A stretch of 64,000 nucleotides of DNA, taken from contig CAXXVL010000001.1 in the NCBI GenBank assembly GCA_963667845.2, positions 736,001 through 800,000 on the forward strand, given 5' to 3'. The position numbers and the translations under genes were made by a program. A model generated the notes under the pieces. It was not told where the DNA came from and made no database searches. It saw only the letters and a list, made by a program, of their open reading frames with translations. This DNA is from Smithellaceae bacterium. Its GTDB lineage: Bacteria > Desulfobacterota > Syntrophia > Syntrophales > Smithellaceae. Below are positions 9,730-19,769 of the stretch, one piece after another (the stretch's first letter is position 1; the number at the start of each line of letters is the position of its first letter).

Positions 9730-10467
9730 TCAGTATTTAACCTCCTTTAAAAAAAGGCCGCACGCGGGGGCGGCGGTACCCGCCTTCTTCCGGTCGCGTG
9801 AGGCGATGATCTCCGGAATGTCGTCGGGGTTGAGCCTGCCTCGTCCCGCATCGACCAGTGTGCCGACGATGTTGCGCACCATATGCCGCAAAAAGCCGCT
9901 TGATTCAACCGTAATTTCCAGCATGCCGTGGTCCCGTTCGTCGATTGTGATATCACCGAGCGTGCGGACGCGATCTTTGATATCGCAGCCCGTTGCACAA
10001 AAGCAGGAAAAATCGTGCCGGCCGGTCAGATAGGATGCCGCCTTGCGCATCCGTTCGATGTCGAGCACAGAGCGGATGAACCAATAATACTGGCGGCCCA
10101 GCACGGGACGGAGACGCTGATTCTTAATTCTGTATACATAAACTTTACCCTTCGCGTCTTTGAGGGCGTTGAAATCCGCAGGGGCTTCCTGCAGATCCGT
10201 AAGAACGATATCGGCAGGCAGAACGCTGTTGACCCCGAGAAAAATTTTGCCGATCGGAAGCAGGCTTTCCACTTTAAGACTGGCGACCTGGTTCACGGCA
10301 TGCACGCCCGCATCCGTGCGTCCGGAGGCGATGATGGATACTTTCTCGTGGATGATGCGGCAGACGGATTCTTCCAGAATCTGCTGAATGGATATCCCGT
10401 TTCGCTGTCTTTGCCAGCCGCAGTATGCCGTGCCGTCATATTCGAGAAACATTTTAAGGTTGCGCAT
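9730..10467 (-). CDS. truA: tRNA pseudouridine(38-40) synthase
   Basis: YDGT.Y.GWQ, SGRTDAGVHA, GFLRHMVRNIVG, APACGLFL. Confidence 0.96.
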   Translation of the reverse strand: MRNLKMFLEYDGTAYCGWQRQRNGISIQQILEESVCRIIHEKVSIIASGRTDAGVHAVNQVASLKVESLLPIGKIFLGVNSVLPADIVLTDLQEAPADFNALKDAKGKVYVYRIKNQRLRPVLGRQYYWFIRSVLDIERMRKAASYLTGRHDFSCFCATGCDIKDRVRTLGDITIDERDHGMLEITVESSGFLRHMVRNIVGTLVDAGRGRLNPDDIPEIIASRDRKKAGTAAPACGLFLKEVKY

Positions 10468-10623
10468 TTTACAAATCTGACTTGCCAGTTTTTTCTAAAA
10501 AGGTTAAGCACGAAAACAATCATAATTCAGGGAACGGTTTTGCGGCCGGCTTTGCCCGCCGCGATACTAGCCCACGCCAAAAGCGGGGTCAAGATAAAAC
10601 TCGGCATGTAAAGGAGATTCCAT

Positions 10624-12192
10624 ATGAGTGAAGATTTGCAGAAAACAACCCAGGGAAAAATTCAGGCCTTTGAAGCGAAAGTTCAGGCGCTGATGAAAAT
10701 GGGGGGAGAAAAGCAGGTTAAGAAGCAGCATGACGGCGGGAAAATGACGGCCCGGGAGCGCCTGGAATATTTATTTGATGCCGGCACCTTTCAGGAAGTG
10801 CAGCTGTTTGTGAAGCACCATGCCACCCTGTTCGGCATGGATAAGAAGGAGATTCCGGCCGACGGCGTGATTACGGGCTTCGGCAAAGTCAATGGCCGGA
10901 CTGTTTTTGCCGCGTCGCAGGATTTTACGAGCGCCGGCGGCACCCTGGGGGAGATGCACGCGAAGAAGATATGGAAGGTCATGGATATGGCCATCGCGGC
11001 TCAGAAGCCGTTTATTGCGATTAATGATTCGGGAGGAGCCAGAATCCAGGAAGGCGTCCCATCGCTCGAAGGCTACGGCGGCATCTTTTATCGCAACTCG
11101 ATTGCTTCCGGCTATATTCCCCAGATCACCGCGATTATGGGACCTACAGCGGGCGGTGCCGTTTACTCCCCGGCGCTTACCGACTGGATCTTCATGGTCA
11201 AGAACAGCTCCTACATGTATATCACCGGTCCGGAAGTTATCAAGGCGGTGATCGGCGAAGAAGTGAGCCAGGAAGACCTCGGCGGCGCGCTGGCTCATGC
11301 CTCCAAAAGCGGCGTCTGCCACGTGGTCACCGAAAATGATCAGGACTGCCTCGATAAAATCAAAATCCTCCTGTCCTATTTGCCCGACAGCTGCCAATCG
11401 CCTTTGCCCATCCCCGTTTCCACGGATAGTCCCGAGCGCCTCTGCCCGGAACTGGATAAGGCTATTCCGGATAAAGCGGCCCGCGCTTACAATATGAAGA
11501 ATATCATCAAATCCGTGGCCGACAACGGTGAAATGTTTGAGCTCCATGCCCAGTGGGCGCCCAATATCATTGTCACCCTGATCCGCATCATGGGCCGGCC
11601 CGTGGGCGTCATCGCCAACAACCCGATGGCTTATGCGGGCGTTCTTAATGTCAACGCATCCGACAAAGCCTCGCGGTTCATCCGCTTCTGCGACGCCTTC
11701 AACATTCCGCTTTTGACCTTTGCCGATGTTCCCGGCTATATGCCCGGCACGGACCAGGAATGGGCGGGTATCATCCGCCACGGCGCGAAGCTGCTGCATG
11801 CTTATTCGGAGGCGACCGTTCCCAAGATCACGGTGGTGACCCGCAAAGACTACGGCGGGTCGTATATCGGCATGTGCTGCAAGCAGCTGGGGGCGGATTA
11901 TGTCATGGCGTGGCCCACGGCGGAAATCGCGGTGATGGGGGCGGAAGGCGCCTGCAACATCATTTATAGAAGTGAGATTGCGCAGGCGGCGGACCCGCAG
12001 GCGAAGCGGGCCGAGCTGATTGCGGGTTACGAGGAGCAGTTTAACAATCCGTATTTTGCGGCCTCATTGGGAGCTATCGAAGAAATCATCCTCCCGAGCC
12101 AGACGCGCCGGCGCATTATTGCCCTGCTCGACGCCCTGCAAAATAAAAAGGAAGCACGCCTCGAAAAGAAACATAACAATATTCCTCTGTAG
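10624..12192 (+). CDS. Acyl-CoA carboxyltransferase (propionyl-CoA carboxylase beta / methylmalonyl-CoA decarboxylase alpha type)
   Basis: DSGGARIQEG, GPTAGGAVYSPALTD, DVPGYMPG, KHNNIPL. Confidence 0.92.
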   Translation: MSEDLQKTTQGKIQAFEAKVQALMKMGGEKQVKKQHDGGKMTARERLEYLFDAGTFQEVQLFVKHHATLFGMDKKEIPADGVITGFGKVNGRTVFAASQDFTSAGGTLGEMHAKKIWKVMDMAIAAQKPFIAINDSGGARIQEGVPSLEGYGGIFYRNSIASGYIPQITAIMGPTAGGAVYSPALTDWIFMVKNSSYMYITGPEVIKAVIGEEVSQEDLGGALAHASKSGVCHVVTENDQDCLDKIKILLSYLPDSCQSPLPIPVSTDSPERLCPELDKAIPDKAARAYNMKNIIKSVADNGEMFELHAQWAPNIIVTLIRIMGRPVGVIANNPMAYAGVLNVNASDKASRFIRFCDAFNIPLLTFADVPGYMPGTDQEWAGIIRHGAKLLHAYSEATVPKITVVTRKDYGGSYIGMCCKQLGADYVMAWPTAEIAVMGAEGACNIIYRSEIAQAADPQAKRAELIAGYEEQFNNPYFAASLGAIEEIILPSQTRRRIIALLDALQNKKEARLEKKHNNIPL

Positions 12193-12221
12193 ATTGTCGC
12201 AGCCGCAGACTGCAGGCTTAA

Positions 12222-12265
12222 AATAAAAGGCAGGGAATGGCCGCAACCGTTCCCTGCCTTTTATT
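12222..12265. terminator. Strong hairpin terminator, potentially bidirectional
   Basis: AATAAAAGGCAGGGAATGG / CCGTTCCCTGCCTTTTATT, 19-bp stem with one G-U pair. Confidence 0.8.
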
Positions 12266-12629
12266 GTATAGGCTTTTCTTCGTTAAAGATTCTGCCATCC
12301 TCGAGACTGACGTCGAAAATCGCCTTCTTCGGCGAATAACAAAATTCAATTTAATTCTTCTTTATTCCAAATTATTACTAATAATTACAAAAAATCATAA
12401 TATTTCATTTACAAAAACTTCCTAAGATGTTATTTCTGCTTCCGTTAAATTTGGCACGCGATGATGCGCGAAACCGCATCAAGCGGGTGGATTAAGGAGA
12501 AAAGAGTAATTATATCATTGGTAATTTCTCCTTTGATTATCCCTGCCGCAAGTTGCAGCTGAAGCATCATATTTGATCAGCCATAAGACCCGATCCCGGG
12601 GTTAAAGTCATATGCTTTAGGAGGAGAAG

Positions 12630-13970
12630 ATGAAGAGATTTTGGGTTGTTTTGTTAACGCTGGGACTGACCGCAGTTTTCAGCACGACGGTTTTCGCCGT
12701 GGATCTCAAATTCAGCGGTGAATTTTATGCGGCAGGCATGTATCTGGACCGTACCACTTTAGTAAAGGACACCGACCCGCAAAGCTCAACGTCGACCGCT
12801 TTTTACTACCAGCGGTTGAGAATGAGGACGGATTTCGCCGTGACCAAGGGATTGACCCTGATTACCCGTTTCGACGCCATGGAGCGCGCCTGGGGTGCAG
12901 CCAGAAGCGATATCGGCAAGGGCACGACACTGGCGGTCGATTCAGCGGGAACGCGTGCGGAAAATGAAAACATTGCTTTTGACTGGGCTTACATTGAGTA
13001 TAAGTCGCCGATCGGCATCTTCAGCGCCGGTTATATGAATTACGGAAGCACAGGTACAGTCTTCGGCAACAACAGCGCCCCGCAGGGAAGAATCAAATAT
13101 TCTTATCTTGCCGGCCCTGTAACCATCAATGCCGCGATTTCGAAAGTCAAGGAAAAGAGCCTCACGGCAATCAACACTGTGACGACTACGGATGCGGATA
13201 ACGATGTTTATCATCTCGAGGGGATCTATAAGTGGAAGACCGGCGCCGCCGGCCTGAATGTCAACTACTACCGCACCGCAGAGAACAGACCCGCGAATAA
13301 TTACAAAACAACGTACTTCCTATTTACACCGTATGTCATGACCCAGATCGGCCCCGTGGCCCTGCAGGCGGAACTCAATTATGCCAATGGCAACCAGAAA
13401 CAATATGATGGCGACAGCGGCCTGTCTGACGTCAAACTGGAAAACTGGTCCGGCTGGATCGACGCGACGGCCGATTTTAAAATGGCTTATGTCGGCGCCA
13501 CGGTGGCGTATGTATCCGGCGATGATCCCAGCACTACGGATAAACAGGAAGGAGGTACCATTAACGGCGGCCGCGACTGGAATCCCTGCCTCATCATGTT
13601 CAACTATTATGACCGCGCCCAGTGGATCGGCAATCTCAATGGTTGGAACGGCACGACGGATAACGGTCAGATGGCCAATGCCTGGTTTGCCCAAGGGCGA
13701 GCGGGCGTCCGGCCGATCGCCAATCTCGATATTATGGCGTCCGTGTCCTGGGCGCATGCCGACAAGACTCTTTCCGCTCAGTGGGAAAGCAGAGACTACG
13801 GTTATGAAATCGATTTGACCGCAACGTACAAAATCACCAACAATCTGTCCTATATGCTGGGCGGCGGGTACCTCTTCACGGGTGACTGGTATAAGGGGAT
13901 CAATGCGAGCGGCACTCAGCGGATCCAGAACGATTACCTGGTGATTAATAAGCTGACCCTGACATTCTAA
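12630..13970 (+). CDS. Outer-membrane beta-barrel (porin-like) protein, paralogue 1
   Basis: Signal peptide (TVFA), aromatic-rich alternating strands, terminal Phe (KLTLTF); AGGAGG RBS; clear paralogue of 57621..58943. Confidence 0.75.
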   Translation: MKRFWVVLLTLGLTAVFSTTVFAVDLKFSGEFYAAGMYLDRTTLVKDTDPQSSTSTAFYYQRLRMRTDFAVTKGLTLITRFDAMERAWGAARSDIGKGTTLAVDSAGTRAENENIAFDWAYIEYKSPIGIFSAGYMNYGSTGTVFGNNSAPQGRIKYSYLAGPVTINAAISKVKEKSLTAINTVTTTDADNDVYHLEGIYKWKTGAAGLNVNYYRTAENRPANNYKTTYFLFTPYVMTQIGPVALQAELNYANGNQKQYDGDSGLSDVKLENWSGWIDATADFKMAYVGATVAYVSGDDPSTTDKQEGGTINGGRDWNPCLIMFNYYDRAQWIGNLNGWNGTTDNGQMANAWFAQGRAGVRPIANLDIMASVSWAHADKTLSAQWESRDYGYEIDLTATYKITNNLSYMLGGGYLFTGDWYKGINASGTQRIQNDYLVINKLTLTF

Positions 13971-13995
13971 TAGATTTTTAGATTGTGGTTCATAT

Positions 13996-14031
13996 GAATC
14001 CCTGCGGAGTTTTCCTCCGCGGGGATTCTTT
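13996..14031. terminator. Terminator between convergent genes
   Basis: GAATCCCTGCGGAG-ttttc-CTCCGCGGGGATTC then ttt. Confidence 0.75.
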
Positions 14032-14933
14032 TATGGCTTCGCGGGAGAATGCGGATTCGTCAGATGATGACGGTTTGCAGCAAGGGAAGACGGTTCTTTT
14101 TTGGGCGGGCCGAAGGCGAACTGATAGCCGATATAGCCTGCGAGGTCGTCACGGCCGTTGATGTCCTGTCCGAGGGACAAGAGGAGATGATGATTTTCAG
14201 TAATATTGATGAGCGCACCTGCGGCATAGCCTGTCGCATCACGGCCTGCATCCGCGTCCGCCGTTCTGTAATAGATTTCGACACCGAGCGTGAGCGTTTT
14301 GTTCATATCCCGCTCCAGAACCCATCCGAATTGCCACCAGTCCTTGTTTCCGTCACCGGGATTAATCCAGTAGCCGGCGCCTCCGTATGTTGTCCATGGG
14401 CCCAGGCTTTTCTGCAACCAGACGGGCAGAAAGTAGTGGGTTCGGCCGCTTCCCAGACCCCGGTCGGAATCGCCGGTCGGAAGCTCGATCAGGGGAAATA
14501 CGGCGACTTGCGGCCGGTAATCCGTTTCGGATAGAAAACGGAATTTTACTCCCAACTCGGTGTCACCGTAACCGTATTGTGCGGATGCGCCGTCCGGCTT
14601 GACATACATCAGGGGGAGAACCAGATGAATCTGCACATCAGGAAGAAGGACGTAGTTGAGCTCGAGGTGCGGAAGAGTCGAAGAATCGCCGTCGCTCCCG
14701 TGACGGAACTGCGCCGCGACGTCCAATTCCCAGTGCCTGTATTCGCCCGGGTCCGGATCATCCGTGATAAAGGGCGGGCCGGCCCAGACGATTTCGGGCG
14801 TAAGAATAAACAAATGCCAGAACATGACCCCGAGAAGCATGATCATCAGGATGCTTCCCGGATGGCGGGACGGGCCCTTTGCTGAGATCAGTCTGACAGG
14901 TGAGTTCACTCTATTATTCCCTTCCCTCGTCAT
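14031..14933 (-). CDS. Putative outer-membrane channel (MetA-pathway/transporter-like beta-barrel)
   Basis: AGPPFITDD after a hydrophobic leader, GYGDTELGVKFRF, LPTGD; ATG 14933 overlaps the mgtA stop (TGATG); start uncertain. Confidence 0.6.
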   Translation of the reverse strand: MTREGNNRVNSPVRLISAKGPSRHPGSILMIMLLGVMFWHLFILTPEIVWAGPPFITDDPDPGEYRHWELDVAAQFRHGSDGDSSTLPHLELNYVLLPDVQIHLVLPLMYVKPDGASAQYGYGDTELGVKFRFLSETDYRPQVAVFPLIELPTGDSDRGLGSGRTHYFLPVWLQKSLGPWTTYGGAGYWINPGDGNKDWWQFGWVLERDMNKTLTLGVEIYYRTADADAGRDATGYAAGALINITENHHLLLSLGQDINGRDDLAGYIGYQFAFGPPKKEPSSLAANRHHLTNPHSPAKP

Positions 14934-17461
14934 CAAGAGCTTATTTTCTGATAGAATATCTTCTTCGCCAGTTCCGCCGTTAAGATATAAAGGATGATAA
15001 TGATTCCCAGCATCATCAGAAACGACAGGGGCAGGGGTACAAATCCAAATATCTTTGCGAGCGGTGTAAACGGAAAGATCAGCGCAGCCGCCACCACAGC
15101 CATTGTGGCGACGAGGAGATACTTTCCCGGCCGGCTCCTGAAGAAGGGCCGTCTGCTGCGGATGACCAGCACGATAATCGAAGCGGAAATCACAGATTCC
15201 ATAAACCATCCTGTGCGGAATTGATCAGGTGTTGCGTGCAGGATCGTGAGCAGAACACCGAAGGTCAGATAATCAAAAACCGAACTGATCAAGCCGAACG
15301 TGAGCATGAATTTCTTAATAAAAGAAATATTCAACCGTTTCGGCCGATTCACCATCTCGGCATCCGTCCGATCCGTCGCAATCGTCATTTCCGGAAAATC
15401 GGTCATCAGGTTTGTCAGCAAAATCTGCTTGGGCAGCAAAGGGAGAAAAGACAAAAACAACGAAGCACCGGCCATACTGAACATGTTCCCAAAATTGGCG
15501 CTCGTCGCCATGAAGACGTATTTCATGGTGTTGGCAAGCGTCGTCCGGCCCTGATGAACCCCCTGCACCAGCACCTCCAGATTCTTTTCCAAAAGGACGA
15601 TGTCGGCCGATTCTTTGGCCACATCCACGGCCGTATCCACGGAGATGCTTACGTCCGAGGCATGCAGGGCGGAAACGTCGTTGATGCCGTCTCCGATGTA
15701 GCCTACAACATGCCCGGCCTTGCGAAGCGCAAGAATAATGCGTTCCTTTTGATTGGGCTCTACTTCGGCGAAGATGTCTGTTTGAATTACCCGCTGTAAT
15801 AGAGCGGTGTCGCTAATTTCACGCAGTTCGGGGCCGGTGAGAATTTTTGCGTCACGCATGCCCACATCCTGACTAATCTTGGCGGCAACGAGGCGGTTAT
15901 CTCCGGTAATGACCTTCAGGGAAACGCCAAGTTGCTTAAGACGCTCTATCGTTTCTAAAACTCCCTTTTTGGGTGGATCGAAGAAAAGCAGGAAACCGAG
16001 GAAAGTCATGTCCTGTTCGGAATCTTTATTAATGAGGGATTGTGTCCCGATATCCCGCATGGCCACTCCAAGCACGCGGAATCCCCGGCTGCTGAGATCC
16101 TCGAACTTCCGCTGAATCTCTTTTTCCACGGTGCTCGTGTCTATCTTATCCCCGGTCTTGTTTTCCGCAAAAGGGCAGACCGCCAGAACATTCGAAAGCG
16201 CCCCTTTCATTACCATTAAATAGCGGCCATCCTTTTTGAGCAGGATACTGAGGCGCTTACGGATGAAATCATAGGGAACCTCGTCAATTTTTTCATAGCC
16301 GGAAATATCCGGTTGCTTATAAGAACGGATCGCTGCGTCTATGGGGTTGGAAAAGCCTTTTTCATAGAAAGAATTCAGGTAGGCATAGAGGAATACCCGA
16401 TCGCTGGGATTGCCGCTTACGTCTATCGCCGAATCCAGGCGGACGGTCCCCTCCGTCAGAGTGCCCGTCTTATCGGAACACAGAACGTCCATACTCCCGA
16501 AGTTTTCTATGGAAGCCAGGCGTTTGACAATGACTTTTTGCTCGGCCATTTTTTTTGCGCCGTGGGCCAGGTTGATGCTGATGATGGCCGGCAGCAGCTG
16601 CGGTGTCAGTCCGACGGCCAGCGCGAGCGAAAAAAGGAAAGATTCCAGAACGGGTCGATGAAAGAATACGTTGATGGCGAAAACAGCAATGACCAAGAGC
16701 AGCGTCACTTCGAGCAGTAGATAACCGAACTGCCGGATACCGTGCTCAAATTCGGTTTCCGGCGCTCTCAGCTTCAGCTTCTCGGAGATCTGTCCGAACT
16801 CGGCTTGCTTCCCCGTGAATACAACCAGAGCGGCGGCAGTGCCGCTGATCACGTGTGTTCCCATAAACAGGCTGTTGGTGCGGCGGGCAAGCGGTGTATC
16901 CGCAGGCAAAAGCCCCGCATTTTTCTCGACGGGGAAACTTTCGCCGGTCAGGGTTGCTTCATCGACAAATAGATCACGGGATTCCAGAATCAGGCTGTCG
17001 GCGGGAATTGCATCTCCGGCATTCAACAAAACGATATCACCCGGGACAACATCTTCCAGCGTGATGTCCTGCACGTTGCCGTCTCGCAGGATGGTGGTCT
17101 TGATCCTGACGATTGCCAGCATCTTTTCCAGAGCATTAGCGGCGCCTTTTTCCTGCCAGAATCCCAGAAGGCCGCTTGCCAAAACGATGGCGATAATAAT
17201 CGCGGCATCTTCAGGATCATGAAGAAAGGCGGAGAGTCCCGCTGCAAAGATCAGGGTCAGAATAATCGGACTTTTGAATTGGGAAAGGAAGAGAGTAAGC
17301 GCGTCAGACCGTTGGGGCGGCGTGAGCCGGTTTGCACCGAATCGGGCAAGCCGCAGCCTCGCTTCCTCTGGGGTTAAGCCATCCTTTTTTGCATGAAGAC
17401 GAGCCAGTAAATCCGATTGGGGAATACTCCAATATGAAGGCGATTGTTCAATCATGATCAT
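14933..17461 (-). CDS. mgtA: Magnesium-translocating P-type ATPase
   Basis: LTGES, AVGLTPQLLP, DKTGTLT, DPPK, TGDN, GDGIND, SANFGNMFS, FRTGWFMES. Confidence 0.9.
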   Translation of the reverse strand: MIMIEQSPSYWSIPQSDLLARLHAKKDGLTPEEARLRLARFGANRLTPPQRSDALTLFLSQFKSPIILTLIFAAGLSAFLHDPEDAAIIIAIVLASGLLGFWQEKGAANALEKMLAIVRIKTTILRDGNVQDITLEDVVPGDIVLLNAGDAIPADSLILESRDLFVDEATLTGESFPVEKNAGLLPADTPLARRTNSLFMGTHVISGTAAALVVFTGKQAEFGQISEKLKLRAPETEFEHGIRQFGYLLLEVTLLLVIAVFAINVFFHRPVLESFLFSLALAVGLTPQLLPAIISINLAHGAKKMAEQKVIVKRLASIENFGSMDVLCSDKTGTLTEGTVRLDSAIDVSGNPSDRVFLYAYLNSFYEKGFSNPIDAAIRSYKQPDISGYEKIDEVPYDFIRKRLSILLKKDGRYLMVMKGALSNVLAVCPFAENKTGDKIDTSTVEKEIQRKFEDLSSRGFRVLGVAMRDIGTQSLINKDSEQDMTFLGFLLFFDPPKKGVLETIERLKQLGVSLKVITGDNRLVAAKISQDVGMRDAKILTGPELREISDTALLQRVIQTDIFAEVEPNQKERIILALRKAGHVVGYIGDGINDVSALHASDVSISVDTAVDVAKESADIVLLEKNLEVLVQGVHQGRTTLANTMKYVFMATSANFGNMFSMAGASLFLSFLPLLPKQILLTNLMTDFPEMTIATDRTDAEMVNRPKRLNISFIKKFMLTFGLISSVFDYLTFGVLLTILHATPDQFRTGWFMESVISASIIVLVIRSRRPFFRSRPGKYLLVATMAVVAAALIFPFTPLAKIFGFVPLPLSFLMMLGIIIILYILTAELAKKIFYQKISS

Positions 17462-17791
17462 AAATTAAGGACACCCTGACGCCGTGTCAATGAGACGGGG
17501 AGGGAGATTCAACGCCTGCGCGGTGCGGAAAGCAGGCGGCCCGATGAGTCGATCCGGGGTGACTGTGCCGGCCTTTTTTTGATATCGCGGTTTGGGTAAT
17601 GATGACCTTAAGAAATTCCGGATCTCAACTTTTTACGAACAACGCCAATCGGGAAGAGATAATCCCGGAGAACAACCCGCGCTCAAATCACCTCTACGAA
17701 AATTATTTCATTTTCCCGGGCAAAATAGTATGTATAAAGAAAGTAAATAAATAATTCAAAATGAGCGGATCAATTCCGCAAGGAGGTCGGT

Positions 17792-18457
17792 ATGGAATTA
17801 GCCCTCGCCGTCAGGGAAAGAAGGAGCATTCGTAAATTCAAGCCGCAGGATGTGCCGAAAAGTGTTCTTACGGAAATCCTGGAACTGGCGCGCTGGTCGC
17901 CGTCCTGGGGAAATACGCAGCCCTGGGATTTATTGGTCCTGACAGGTAAGACATTGGCGAAATTTAAAGAGATGAATCTGCGGCAGACGCTCGCCGGTGA
18001 GCCGATCGCCTCCGACGTTCCGATGCTGGAGAAATGGCCCGAAGCCATGAAGGCGCGCTACGGTGCACTGGGGAAAGTCGTTTTAAGCGCTCAGGGTATT
18101 GCCCGGGACGATAAGGCGGGCCGGGAGCAGTACTATCGGGATATGGTGAATATGTTTGACACTCCCTGTATGATCCTGGTCTGCATTGCGCGGGACAACC
18201 TCGTTGAATACCAGATGCTGGATGCCGGGCTCATTGCGCAGACCATTTGCCTCGCCGCATACGATAAGGGGCTGGGGACCTGCCTGCTGGCCGCGGCTGC
18301 CCGCTACCCGGCGGAGACCCGGAAACTCGCGGCTATTCCCGCCGATAAAAAGATCGTTGTGGGAATCGCCCTGGGCTATCCCGATGCGTCATTCCCGCTC
18401 AATACGTTTGAACGGGAGCGGGCGAAACTGGATGAATTTGTGCACTGGCTGGACTAG
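17792..18457 (+). CDS. Nitroreductase family protein
   Basis: RRSIRKF, SPSWGNTQPW, GLGTC, IALGYPD. Confidence 0.9.
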   Translation: MELALAVRERRSIRKFKPQDVPKSVLTEILELARWSPSWGNTQPWDLLVLTGKTLAKFKEMNLRQTLAGEPIASDVPMLEKWPEAMKARYGALGKVVLSAQGIARDDKAGREQYYRDMVNMFDTPCMILVCIARDNLVEYQMLDAGLIAQTICLAAYDKGLGTCLLAAAARYPAETRKLAAIPADKKIVVGIALGYPDASFPLNTFERERAKLDEFVHWLD

Positions 18458-18525
18458 AAGGCGATGAGGACCGAACCCCCAGAAACTTTTGCCGACCTTG
18501 ACCGGCCCCGCGGGAGGACGAGACC

Positions 18526-19368
18526 ATGAGCGCGATTCCCGCCGACGCGGCGACCGTTATGCTTCTGCGGCCTTGCCCCGATGCCGGAGTGAAGGATATC
18601 GAGGTCCTTCTGGTTCTCAGGAACCGCAAGAGCAGCTTTGTTCCCGGCTACTATGTTTTCCCCGGCGGAGTTCTCGACCCGGAGGATTACGAACCCGGCA
18701 TCGAGCGCTTCCTGCGGGGTGTCGCAAGGCCAGAGGCTGCCAAGCTCCTTCACGACATGTCGAGTCCGGAGAAAGCCCTGGGGGCCTGGATTGCCGGCAT
18801 CCGTGAAACATTTGAAGAGGTGGGACTGCTCATTGCCCGGAAAGAAGACGGCGCGCCCGTCACGATTGGAACGGATGAAGAGATCAGGCGATTCGGCGAA
18901 TACCGGCGGGCGCTCATCCGGGGGGAAATGAAATTTTCCCAGGTGCTCACGGCGGAAAATCTTGTGCTGTTCGGAGAAGATCTTCATTACTTCTCTCACT
19001 GGATCACGCCGGAATTCCTGCCGAAGCGCTACGATGTTCGTTTTTTCGTCACACGCGTTCCGGTTGGTCAGACGGCCGTTTGTGACGGTGTGGAACTGAC
19101 GGCGCACAGCTGGCTTCGGCCTTCCGTTGCGCTCAAAGACTACGAGACGGGCAGGATCGGGATGGTCCTGCCCCAGATCATTACGCTCCAGGAGCTTGCC
19201 CGTTTTCAGACCGTCGAGGACACGATCGCGTCGGTGGAACACCGTCAGATCTCAGCGATGCTGACGAAGATCATTCAACACGAGGGCAAGGCCGTGGAAG
19301 TGATGCCCGACGGGACCGTATTTGAAAACCGCCCGCCGGTTTATCCGCGAAGCACCGATGGCGATTAA
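18526..19368 (+). CDS. Nudix hydrolase (Nudt19-like, interrupted Nudix box)
   Basis: AATVMLLR, VFPGG...insert...IRETFEEVG, HWITP....RYDVRFF. Confidence 0.85.
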   Translation: MSAIPADAATVMLLRPCPDAGVKDIEVLLVLRNRKSSFVPGYYVFPGGVLDPEDYEPGIERFLRGVARPEAAKLLHDMSSPEKALGAWIAGIRETFEEVGLLIARKEDGAPVTIGTDEEIRRFGEYRRALIRGEMKFSQVLTAENLVLFGEDLHYFSHWITPEFLPKRYDVRFFVTRVPVGQTAVCDGVELTAHSWLRPSVALKDYETGRIGMVLPQIITLQELARFQTVEDTIASVEHRQISAMLTKIIQHEGKAVEVMPDGTVFENRPPVYPRSTDGD

Positions 19369-19424
19369 CCGCACATTAACCGACTGCGTGAAACGACGGT
19401 AATGATGCGCCTAAGGAGAAAGAA

Positions 19425-19733
19425 ATGAAGTTGCCTGAAGGCCAAATCCGCTATTGCGACCGCCCGGATCTTTCCGAAACATTCGTCGATTCTCTCGGCG
19501 TGGTAACCTTTGACGGTTCGACGCGTCTGGAATTGTGTGTCACCCGTCTGGATCCCCCGAAGCCGCCGGATCCTCCGACGGCGCGGCGATATCCCGTGAG
19601 CCGCCTTGTGATGACCCCGGAGACGACAGTCGCTTTGTTCAACCAGCTTCAAAATATCATGAATCTTTTGCGTGAGGCAGGTCTTGTCACGAAACAGGAA
19701 GGGCAACCGCCGGAAGCGATCAAAAAGCATTAA
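19425..19733 (+). CDS. Hypothetical protein
   Basis: AAGGAG RBS; fills the gap in a co-oriented run; 102 aa. Confidence 0.65.
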   Translation: MKLPEGQIRYCDRPDLSETFVDSLGVVTFDGSTRLELCVTRLDPPKPPDPPTARRYPVSRLVMTPETTVALFNQLQNIMNLLREAGLVTKQEGQPPEAIKKH

Positions 19734-19769
19734 GATTCGGTGGACCGGACTTCCTGACTGAAAGACCCT

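Noticed and set aside
12451..12467. TTGGCACG...ATGC as a sigma54 promoter for porin paralogue 1
   Set aside because: The -24 element is perfect but spacing is GG-N11-GC; sigma54 needs N10
17491..17790. Mg or Mn riboswitch upstream of mgtA
   Set aside because: Some hairpins are present but no M-box or yybP-ykoY consensus was recognised
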